Assembly (NCBI GenBank): GCA_051294905.1
Contig: CM119380.1
Coordinates: 20,832,001-20,896,000, forward strand
DNA length: 64,000 nucleotides
DNA from: Botryllus schlosseri
Taxonomy: Eukaryota
Reading direction: 5' to 3'
The position numbers and the translations under genes are program-made. Under the pieces are notes generated by a model, which saw nothing but the letters and a program-made list of their open reading frames with translations, did not search any database and had not been told where the DNA came from. How positions within the stretch are numbered: position 1 is the first letter of the stretch; each line of letters begins with the position of its first letter. Shown piece by piece: positions 26,101 to 38,100 of the stretch.

Positions 26101-29100
26101 CATGCGAAACCGAGTTCTAGGTATGCCGCATACCTAAGAAAATGTCTAGTTGTGCGTGGCATACCTTGCATACCCAGGTTCGGCGTCTATGGTCTTAAGA
26201 TTTCAAATCTTCAGAAATCTAATGGTTGAATACAAATTGGCAAACTTCATATGTCCTAATCTCATCTCTGCAAGCCGTTACAACACAAAAGAATTGGGAA
26301 CAATTTGTTTTTTCTCTCACCTTGCGATCCCGTTTCGGCTTCGAGAGTGGGAAAGTACGTGAATTCTGACGAAGACGACGGCTTGTAGGAGTCCAGCGAG
26401 CTCTGCGGCGAGACAAAACCCTCCGCATTGCCGCACGCCTGCGAGGACCGACCTGAAAGTCCAGACGAAGACGTGGTCGTCACAGACCGCTCATCGCCGG
26501 CCCGGTCCTTTTCTTCCAGGCTCAAAAAGTGAAACAGGGCGCCGACCCTCTGGTTGGTTTCATCCACTGGGACAACGCCGTGGCGGGTTGCGTCGTTGCT
26601 CATGTTTTCACTGACCACCGTGGCGAGAAGCGGGCCGGGTCGGAAGTCAGGTCCGTCCAGGCCGGAGAGGACAAGCGGGCTGGATATGAAAAAATTATGA
26701 GATTGTAAAAAATATTTAAATTACGATCCGAGCCCTAAGGCTATAGAGCAGAACTACAAGTAGAAGTAACGCGGTATATTCCTGCTCTATTGCCAGTAGA
26801 AGCATATAACGAAGATTTGAAAACGTAGATTTGGTTTGTGGGCTGCAGACTTTTAGCATGAAAAGTCTTTGCAATTTCTACTCCTACTTGAGTAACAATT
26901 GTCAGCAGGGTGGTAGCCAAGTCACAAGTCAATCTCGCTTTTGTAGTTTTGACTTGAGTCATTTTCAACTCACCAACAAGACAATCAGAGTCCAATCAGC
27001 GAGCAGACAATCGAGTCCGAGTCATGGTATTATGACTCGAGTCCGAGTCCAAGTTATTGTGTTGACTGCTCAGTGCTCAGTTTTCAGTTAAAATTTCGTA
27101 AATGCGCATTACCAGCTATCTATGCCGGCACGAATTCGCGGTATCAGTCAAACTCAAATCATGAACATACCAAGTACTCTCAACACCGCCATTGACAGGC
27201 GGCCTTCTCGGGGAACGGGCACTGGGTGGGTGTGGGGCAAACGATGCAACGCTACGTGGGGGAAGACGGCCGCTTGAAGCCCCAGTCGAGAGACGCGGTG
27301 ACAGAATTTTGCTTCTTTTCTGTTAAAAACCACAAACTGAGTAATGTCGGCTGTACTATGACGGCCAAAACTCGAGCGTGCCTTGCCCACTTTTCCGAGA
27401 TATCCTGGCCGGCCCGCTCGCCTGATGGGATACCCGAATATTTTTCCGTTCTTGTTAGGCGCCGGGTGCCGGTGGTGTCTGCCTGTGTGGAAACCAGCTA
27501 GCCGGCCACTACTTGTTCTGGAAAATAAATTCACCGGGCTTTTCGTACTAACGACCGATTTACAGTAGACAACTTGGCTGCTCGAGTGGAAGTAGACGTG
27601 ACCCGTAAATTTCTACACAATTTCAAGTCGAAATAGCGATTTTAAGGTAAATGACAATATTAATCAAGTAGATGAAGTATGATTAATGAAGTAGAAAAGC
27701 CCTCGAGAAAGCAGTTTCAAAAAGTACATATCCGATTTTAAAAATCGCCGTCGTACCCAACACAAAAGGATCGATGACAATGAGAATAGGTGATTCTTCG
27801 AAACTCTATTCAAATGTCACGATATAACGGCTATTTTGGTCTGCTCTCATGAGAATTTCCCTCATAAAGTGATGTAAAACAATCCTCAAACCACTTTCCA
27901 CTTAACAATACAGTTTCGCTCCAAAAGTGGTAGTCTAAATACATATTTAATTAGATACGCAGTACTAGCAGGCAAGTAATTTTAAAAGGTCATGGTTTTG
28001 GTGCGGTCGAAAACGCCGTTGACATACCTTGGTCTGGACGAGGCGCCGGCAGACGACCTCCCGTTTTCTTTATATGATTCGGACACGCCAACATCGTTAT
28101 CTCCAGACCTAGGAACAAAACACTTGTGTCGTACGCGAAATAAGAGCTGTGGTAATCGTCCACAAACATTAACCGTCTTGTTAATAGTATGAGAACAGCC
28201 CAGTTACAAGGACGTGCAGAGGTGTCAGGAAGGATAATAAGCGTGCGATAGGATATACAAAACTTCTGACAAACGAGCAGATAGAGAAATTTAAATTTAT
28301 AGTAGCTTCGGACAGGATGTGCCTTTTCATCTAATGCCACAGCTGAAATTTAAAAAATGTTTTGTTGAGGGAGGAATTATTCTACAAATACACATCACAT
28401 ATCATCATGTCATAAGCACGGGTGGGGGATAGATCAGTAGTGCCATGACAACAGAAAATACTTTTGGTAGCACTGCTAGTCACACTGTGTTATCCGCACG
28501 GAGGATTGCTTTTATTTTTTCAGTGTTTACGTTCTTTGACTACCTCCACTTCTGCTCAAAATACTTACTTTTGAATCTTTCGATTTTGGAGAGAAGAAAA
28601 TAGTTTGGGATATCCCCGCATGACTCTTACGGGTGAAATCGTCATGACAACCAGGCAAAGCAACCCCCAGTAGCTGATTGCATTTCCGAAAGGTGTAGCC
28701 GCCACTGATGCACTTTTCAGACCATCGTTTCTACTTCCGCTTGCAATAGTTTCAACATGACTTGGATATCGCTACTTCTATTTGTATTTCAGTATAACTT
28801 TACGAGACTTCTTCTTGAGAGACAACGCCGGCTACTTCTACCACATCAGTATCTTTGTCTACTCATGTCTACTTCCCGGCGAGTATCATGCAGACTTATT
28901 GGACCACCTCCTTGCGTGCAGTGGTCGGATTCAGCCTGTTCCCATCGGTTTTATAGTTCCATCTCACGAAATTTCATAAGATCACAGAACAGGTTAGCTT
29001 TGATCGTTACTGTCAGTGACTTTTTGTAACAGAACCATCTGTAAAAAAATTTGAATCCAACCACTGCTGGCGGGGGCGTGCTTAATCATCTTAAAAGCAG

Positions 29101-32100
29101 TCTGAAGATGCATCCGTAAACAGGCCCGTATCGTATCAGATGTACACATTTGATTCTCCACTCTCAGTTGTTGAAACCTCAGAGTATAATAAGAACCGTT
29201 GTGACAAATCAAAACACGGAACAATAGGCCATTCATCATTCACATGACCTACGTTGCTGAGTCATCGTGCGGTAAAGTTGCCGCACTATAACAAACAAAG
29301 CACCACTCACATTGTCTCTTCGTCGATATCGTTCTCCTCAAACGAAATGACGATATCTTGTTTCGAATCGGTACCGTCCGAGCTTTCTGCTGTGTCTTCG
29401 TCAATGTCATCACTTTCGAGGTCACTGCAAAATTGGATTTTAAAACATGGTGGGGCACGGCCAGTGAATTGATTATACCTAGGGCTGGACACAATGATGC
29501 AAGCAGTCGAATCTGAATCAACTATTGATTCGATTGAGTAGTGTGAGACAATTTGAGTACGGAGAGTGGATACTCCTTGCCTCAAAGATTTAATTTGTCA
29601 TCAAGAATTACAGATTCGATACTATTTTCCACTGTGGGAGGCTGTAAACCTCAATAGGCTATATCTCAGCATACGAGACATCTAGTACAATGCTACGCAC
29701 GTTAATGGAAATCACATATCTGTTAAGTCGTGATCAATCCACAGTATTGCCACAAAGTGAAATGAAATGGTATAGACGAAAATATACCAAAATCGACATA
29801 TGACTGGCATTATATACATCTTTGAACTGGCTCTGACGGCGCGATCCTTTCAATATTTTACATAAACGTCGTTACATGGCTTGCGTTCAAAATAATGAGA
29901 GTAAGAACAGCAAGACATTCAAAACAGCTAATGATAGCTCGTTGTTTCAACACTGGCTAATTTGAATGCCCTGTTCCCATGACACTCACAATATTTAATG
30001 CCTCGCTGTTATGTGACCCAGGTGTTTTGACACTCATTATTTTGACACTCACAGAGTTGGCCCCACATATTTAACAAGGTACAAGAAGCTGTTTGTGAAT
30101 AATCTAAAAATAGTACATCCAGCTCAAGGCATCCGTTCGCGTCGAGTATTTGAATTTTCATGCCCGTGACATCACATTCGGTGACACGACTGTGGACATG
30201 CAATGTTCTTCTTAATTCTCTACTAGTTGCTGACGATTACCCCTGACGAGTGTCAGTCGAAAATATTCGACTTTATTTCAATATGAAAATAGTATTCAGA
30301 AATAAGGACAAAAGTCGAAAATATGGAAAAATCTGAGAAATAAGGACAATGTAGTTTTAACAAAGGAAAGGACAATATCTATTTTTGTCCTTGATGTTTT
30401 TACGGCATATACACCGACTCATGATAAACATGCACACGATCTGTGCATATGCATACCGACTCATGATGTGCATATGCCGCTGGACAAGGAAGGTGCAGAT
30501 ACAGCCTTGTAACGCTACTCCAAGTCTTACACCACCTCTCCATGCTACACCGTTAATGCTGAGCGCAAAACAGGGAATCCATGCATACCAGGGTTACTAA
30601 TCGGGTCTTTGGTCCGACCTGGTTGGGACCGAACCCACGACCCACCAATCAAGAAGCCGCACGCTTCACTGTTACGCTATCTTACGACATCACACTTCAA
30701 AATAAGGACAAATCTGAGAAACAAGGGCGGTAAAACAACGTTTCCCATGCCCGGTGTAACACGAAACGCTTACTTTTCGATAGCAGTCTCGCTGGAAGAT
30801 GAAGTTTCCTCGGTAATCTCTTCGTTTTCAAGTTCGCCTTCCGATAAATCGTCAACACCTGCAGCGCGAAATAAAGCGACAGTGGCATTAAAAGGGAAGA
30901 TTTTGCCATCAGGGCATCGGAGATCGTGTATTGCGAAGAGGTCATTAGGAACAGAGCACTGCTACTTTTTGAAAGTACTCAAACGGATTCAGTCTACTGT
31001 CAGTGTTTCCTTGATATGATATGATATAATGAAATAAAAAATATTTGTGATAGTGGAAAATGTCAATATCAGTATTGTGATAAAACAGGTCGGCCTACCT
31101 ATCGCCGTGCCAGAAAAACCTACCTTCGACACTGCCAGATGCAATATTATCGATTCTGTAAAAAGAGATTGACGTGTGAAGTGTGAAAAATTGCACTCAA
31201 CGTGACGCATATCTCACCCTCGCTCCTCAGCGTGAATCAGTATTTCTGCTCCGCTGCGAATGAAATATCATAAACTAGTGGGCAGTCATCAATTACGAGG
31301 TTCAGATCAATGTAGGAGTGGAGCAAAATCAACAGATACCAGCAATAGCTCTAATTAGGGTTATATGATGTAGGCAGTCGGATTAGGTTAGGGTGAGGAG
31401 TTAGACACAATTGATTCAAATATAATGTGTCAATGTGTAGCTTATACTTTTTCTTATAATTAAACGTGATTTCACTCTAAAAATCACAATACTGTCACTC
31501 AGTTTCAAGGTGTACAACCGACTGGACTACTAGTTGACAGGAAATGGTGTCCAAGCAAGGCTGCTGTGAATATTGAGATAACATCGATACATTTTTCATC
31601 AACCCCTTGAAATTAGAGAGAGAAAATTTGATAATCAATTACCAGCGATTGTCAGACAGAAATATAGATAACGGTCAATCTGCAGCGCGAACGGGCTGGT
31701 CGCATTGTATGTCCCAATACTCACTTTTCACTGACATCACTCAGCGCATCTTGATCAGCATGAGAGGCCGTGAGAACGTCGTGTTCATGAGAGAAGTCTG
31801 AAGCGCTCGGACCAGCCGCACTGTCACGGTCAGATAATTCTCCGCAAATCTGATGAATCACAATGATTTGAAAACGCATTACTTTCGGCACAAGATGAGA
31901 TATATCATAGCATTCCAAGACAAAGTAAAACTATATCTAGCCGGATCGCTGAATGTTAAGATACAATTGAATAGTGTATTCATATTGAAATGAAACCGAA
32001 TATTTTCGGCTGACACTCGTCAGGGGTAATCGTCAGCAACTAGTAGAGAATTGGAAAGAACATTGTATACCAACAATCGTAATTCGAAATATGACGTCTC

Positions 32101-35100
32101 CAGCATGGAATGAGATCCCAAATAAGAGAGCGTTCAACGTACTGTTTTAAGATGGTACACGAACTCCTTTTGTTGACAAAGCCTGAGCTTTTTAAGATTA
32201 AAAATTTTTTCAAAACGACTGAATTTTACTGGCAAATAGCTCTCGAAGGTGGTCAAAATTGCAAGAATGATCTTATTGACAAAGGCATAATGCTGATAGT
32301 GTAAAAAATTGGGATTATACCCATTGACGAGTGATGGTTACAAGACAGCAGGTGCACCCTTAAAAATGATAGTTATCTATCCTAAAGCTTCTTTCTACAG
32401 TGCAAAATTTAAAAACTTAAAATTGCTTAATTCGCCTAAAAAAACTGTGGAGTGGTAAAATTGTTCATAAAAGAAGTGAAAAAATGCAAATTGAGTACTT
32501 TGAAAGGAAAAATACTTTGCTTGTGGCAATAACATGGGGTGACACTCGATTCAAATTTTTAATTTTGAATGTTGCGATGTCACAACTCATAACGAAACCA
32601 TTCCGCCACTAAAAGTTAATATTTCCAAAGCTTAATCCTGTTCCAAATTTAAGATTTAAATCTAAGACCAAGTTAAAATATAGGATACACGGTAGGCTAT
32701 TCGGTGGTAACGGAAATCTTGTCAAAATTTACGTGAAAATTTGAAATTCCATGCACAAATCGAATCCTATTCGAGAAAAATCTTCAAAACCAATTTTTTC
32801 AAGTCAATATCCATACCCACTCTCATCTTTACTGTGTTAATGCACCGATATTGTCATCAGCAACAAAAATAGCTCACCTGCGCCTGCCGAGATGAAACGG
32901 CCGACACCCTGCGGGGAGTCCTGGACATTTCGATAACGATACGTTGCTGAAATACAACCCAAAAGCAGTCACGCACTGACACGCCTGCAACACCACCAAA
33001 AGATTGCTTACGTTTAAGCTGTTGATCTGATCTTGACATTGCGATACTTGCTGTTCGAGCTGGTTCGTGCGCCAGGTCAGGTCGCGGCACTTTTGATGAA
33101 AAGTAGGCGCTCGCACCTAGAAAGCAAGTGAGGCATTTTCGTCAATTTGATATTGTGGCATTTCCGATCAGGGGAAAAGGCAATCCTTGGCCTGAAAGGC
33201 AACTGAATGAGAACCAGCTCACTCACTCCCTGACCAATGATAATTTACAACTATACCAACTGGCAAAATAATTAAATGGACATCGGCTAACGGCATTTTC
33301 CAATACTTTCTTCCAATATTCACACTAGATTTCCTTGTTATGACTACCGCATAATCACCGGTGTAGCTGACTTATTTTTTAGAAGTACAATTTTCTTTGA
33401 ATCACTATTTATATCCTTGTCATTGTGCTGTTAACTCTTGATAAGGGACACACGAAAAGTCTTCAGGTTTACATATAATACTACACTACAATTAATGTAG
33501 TCCCAACAGAAATGCATATGCCAGTGAAAATTGGATATGTAATAACTGTTATTACTATGAAATCGATGCATAGATATTGTAATAATCTATTCGATAATGA
33601 ATATTTCACTGAATATTAGTGTGAATTGTGATATGCGGCACTTGGTGAATTCGACATGTTGAATTATGCACTTGACATTGGTACGTTTATATTTATACAG
33701 GGATGGTCAAGATTTGTTTTTATCGTTACTAGTGCGGCTCGCCCCTATCGTACGACTAAAAACGATCATCAAAATTCAAGTGGCCCGTGCCATGGTACCG
33801 GTATGTAAATTTCATGCCACCCTTTGGCCAAAAAGGCTGGCCACACCTGTATTAATGCATCATAATTAGGGTTTAGGGCAATGTTTCCTAAAGTGGGCCA
33901 CAGCGCGCCCTAGGGGTCATAATTGAGCATGAAGGAGTCACAGGGCCCAAAATGGGACGCGGGCTGTACATGGGGCATTTGGTTTGGCGCTGACGGGTAA
34001 GGTGCTAATGCATTATATTTTGTCCAAGGGGCACCAGCTAACACTGGTTTAGGGTTAGGTTTGAAGGCTACAGTACTGATTAGGGGTCGCCAAGTGCGGA
34101 ATTCACCGGTAACCTCTGAATTAACACGTCATTAACCCAAACAAGCCACAACAAAATAGAGCAAACCTGAAATTTTAACACCAGCGTGTCCGAAACGGGC
34201 TCCAAATAACCTTCATGCGCCAGCATGTCTAACCTGAAGAATCGGTTATACCCCCTGCAAAACAAGCACCGGGCACTGGTTTCGCACTCAGTTGAACAGC
34301 TCACATCGCAGACACCCACCAGCATTCGCCGACGTCGAATTCGCTCGCGAACTCTCGCACTATATTTTTCGAGGGATCGCCAGACGCGAGATGGACCATC
34401 TCGATCCTGTATTCGTATTTCGACGTTTCGGAAATTCCGGTCGACAGTTCCAAGAACACCGACAGATAATTTCCACGGACCACTCCGTTTCCGTCCTGAA
34501 CGTAAACAGTGTAATCGTTTCTTCGGTTTGACAGCTTGTAAAAAGGTTTGTCGGAATACCGGGTAAATCTTCAACCTCCAGCTGAAGCCTGCGACGTTGA
34601 GCGCGCTAGAGTACACAGGATCCGCTCTTTGGCGTAGTTGACTAAAAAGACACGTTCGTTAATCATTAGTTGCGAAAACCATTACAACTTAAAGGCACCA
34701 TTACAACTACACAAGTGATTCAAATTTACAAAGCATCACAAGATTGTTTCCGCGATATTGCTATGAAATGTCAGCCTTTGCTATGATTAACTCTTTCTAG
34801 AATAGTTTGATTGTGCAAGGAAGCACAACTCATTCGTAACGCTATTACTAAATTGGGCAGTTTCTGGTGCAGAAATTGCGGATTGATTTCGTCACAGCAT
34901 CCATTGCAATATTTAAAGAGTTTTTTTATAATTCAAAGAGTTCTCTCTTGTCCCTTATCAAGAGTTATCAACACATATTACTGGGATGATGTCGTGTACT
35001 TCAAAGTTTCCTGTCGCCACCAATAACTCATGATAAGAGGTACACGATATGCCTAGGAGTTAAAAGGAATGTAGGCTCCGTGTGAATGAAAGTTGTTGTT

Positions 35101-38100
35101 CAAAAGTTAAAAGCTAATTTCGCATCTAATCTGTCTCCGCAGCCCACGGAAACATACCCGAGACGCCAAGAAGAATCACCGTAAATCCTACCTGAACTTC
35201 ACCAAAGTGAAAGTATTGGATTCGTAGCCTGGCACGAGCTCACTGCAAAAGTCGGGTGGTACGGGCGCGGTCACAAACGAAGTCATCGGTTTCCGGTGGA
35301 TGGCGTTGAACATTTCCAGCATCTCGCCCGACCGCAGTATCAGATCACTCTTGGAGCTTGTTTGCATCTGCCGACAAAACGGGGTGTCATTCACGATAGG
35401 CAATTTGAGTATCGACAGTAATGATTCATTGAGTCAAGCAGTGAGGGCCGACATTTTAGGCAGTAGTAATCATTGTAGAAGTAATGTCATAATTACTCAA
35501 GTACAAGAAAAGGAGCCATCTCCGAGTTAAAATCAAGTATTCCAGACCTGGAAAATCATGGGTGCATGCTTTTGTTTTACCCCAGAGACAATGGTCACTA
35601 TGGTCAGACTCAGAATAGTCACTATTTCACGGAATTCCTCTTAGCAATCTTATAATAGGAGCTGGAAAAGATAAACTTCTAAGGATGCAATCTTCTCTAA
35701 CGTGCAGTACGCCTAATATTTATCGTCTACTCAATTCATTCCGGCATTACATTCAAATCAGTTTGATTTACAATTAGCTGATAAGCCCATTTGTCTTTTT
35801 CTTTCACTTCAATACGTATACCTGATGGTCAACTTCTCGCAGTACGTTTTCCAGCATTTCCGTTTCCTGAGAGAGTTGATTCTTTTGCCCCATCAGAGTG
35901 ACCAGCTTGCTCTGTAGCTGGGAATCAAGTCTGGAAATTTAAATACGATATAAATCATGTGACATATCGGTCTCATAAACATTGGTGGTGGTGGGTTTGT
36001 ATTAAAAATAGCAGCATTAGAACTAGAGACCATGGATAAGCCTATCACCAAAGCAGTAAGTAAACCAGCACAGAAATGACTGCTTGGAATGCATTTTCTG
36101 CATAAATATCACGTGCCGGGAATCGTACTAATAGCTATAGACAGAAATGAATATCTGTCTATCAGAAATTATCATTTCTCTCTTACATTTAAATTTGTGT
36201 AGGTATAGCGTAGGTATAATATTGTTTCACAACCTATTGTTCCAAATTGAAAAAACTAAGCACAGCATGCTTATCTCGTTAGCCCAATGATTTTTATGGG
36301 TCTCAATAGGTAGTTGATGCCTTCATGATGACCCTAACATTCATTTGAAGGCATCACCCCGGGTGCTCGAGAACCAGATTGAGTTGCATGCAACGGCAAA
36401 CATATAGCGCCCATGCCGCCCACTAAATCTGAACATTGGGGTCACTATATTTGACATCACCTTCAATTACCGTGATCTTGCAAAAGTACCTTACAGTACC
36501 TTTGGTTTTCACACCGAATTCTTAAAATCTAACCCTTCACCCACCTGGCAATCATCATTTCCACTGCATTTCGTATTTCCCTGACCCTCTCCTCCTTTGC
36601 GTTCCGAACGCTCTCCACATTCCTTTCCACGTCCTGGATTAGCGATATCAACTCCATCAGACGCCTTCGAATCGCGGACTCCTCTTCTGTGATTTTCGAG
36701 ACGTGCTGGTCGTAAATGTCTCCTAGGGGCTTGAAAGCATGCTCAAAATGCTACAAAAACACACCATTACATTATTAGAAGATCTTGTAGGCTGACAAAG
36801 ATACGGAGATCCTACCGTCCCAGCCCAAAGAGCGCACTGGTGACAAATGCAAGACTTGCAAGTCCAACAGTACACACTCAATTTCTCTTGGTGCCGTTCA
36901 CACCTACAAAAAAATAATGACTTAGATGCAAACCGTTGATTCAACATGTATTGTTATCATTATCTAGGTTGCCGGTACTTGAAATCGATTATCCGGTCAC
37001 ATATCAATCGAATCTAATTTACATCGTCACGGTAGATTTCAAGATTTTATACCTAAACAACACTACTGATCATTGTGATTTTTCAGTGACTCGACTTGAC
37101 TCGAGTCATTTTTTTAAAAGTAACAAATGACTCGACATGAGTCAATTTGTGTATTGACTCGACTTCGACTTGAGTCATTGCATCCGACTCGGACCGAGTC
37201 ATATGACTTGAGACTGGGTCTATCAAGACATGCATTTCATTGTAATTTCGAAGAATAGTAAAGTTATCACACTAGTATTATTTCGTCTATCGGTACTGGT
37301 ACAGTGTCTGAAATTGCTACCAAAAACTGTCAAAAGTTAGAAAACTTGGTATATTATGAATGCGACGCATTCGATATCACCGAGCAGAGTTGTAAAAAGT
37401 GGGTTTCGCGTGACATTAACTCGGATCTGAGCAGTCAACACAATGACTTGGACTCGAGTCAAAACACTATGACTCGGACTCGACACTCTACTCCGGGACT
37501 TGGACTTGACTCGGTGGTGAATTGAAAATGACTCGACTTGACTCGAGTCAAAACTATAAAAATTAGATTGACTTGCGACTCCGAACCTTGTGACTTGGTT
37601 ACAACCCTGCTACTGATACTATATAATGTCTTTGTAACATTTACTTGAAGCTTCCAGTAAAGAACTAGCCTCTACTTGTTCAACTTGCATAACTTGCATT
37701 CCCCTATCAATACGTCAACCATATAACTATGTCCCCGACCCAAAAATAGATCCAAATTGTAACACCGCCCCATACTTGATAAGTTGAAATAATTGAACTA
37801 TTCCTAATTGGCAAGCCTACATTTTATACCAAATTTTCTTACCTAAGAACGTTACAAGTCTACTCATACTCGATGACTACCTAACACCATTACTTTTACA
37901 ATGGAAACCTTTGCAGACAGTATAACCCTCTCTGCATTTATTGAGCCATAGTGGTAATTGGATAATTATTTTCAAGAGACACATTTGACTCCTTTAGCCT
38001 CAAGCGGATCAACCACAGCGCATTCTCAATACACTGTGCAAGGCGAATTACATTATTGTTGGAAAAAAACTGATACATACATATCCTTTTCAGTTTCTGG

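Noticed and set aside
26115-26140. Short hairpin TAGGTATGC-C-GCATACCTA
   Set aside because: Only a 9-bp stem with no flanking direct repeat; compatible with chance.
28628-29040. Purine-rich exon-like stretch with good splice sites in a TRIM37 intron
   Set aside because: Stops in all frames and the TRIM37 frame closes without it (29311 to 28108); no independent support.
33865-34065. Telomeric TTAGGG repeats
   Set aside because: Only a few degenerate units inside an intronic repeat.
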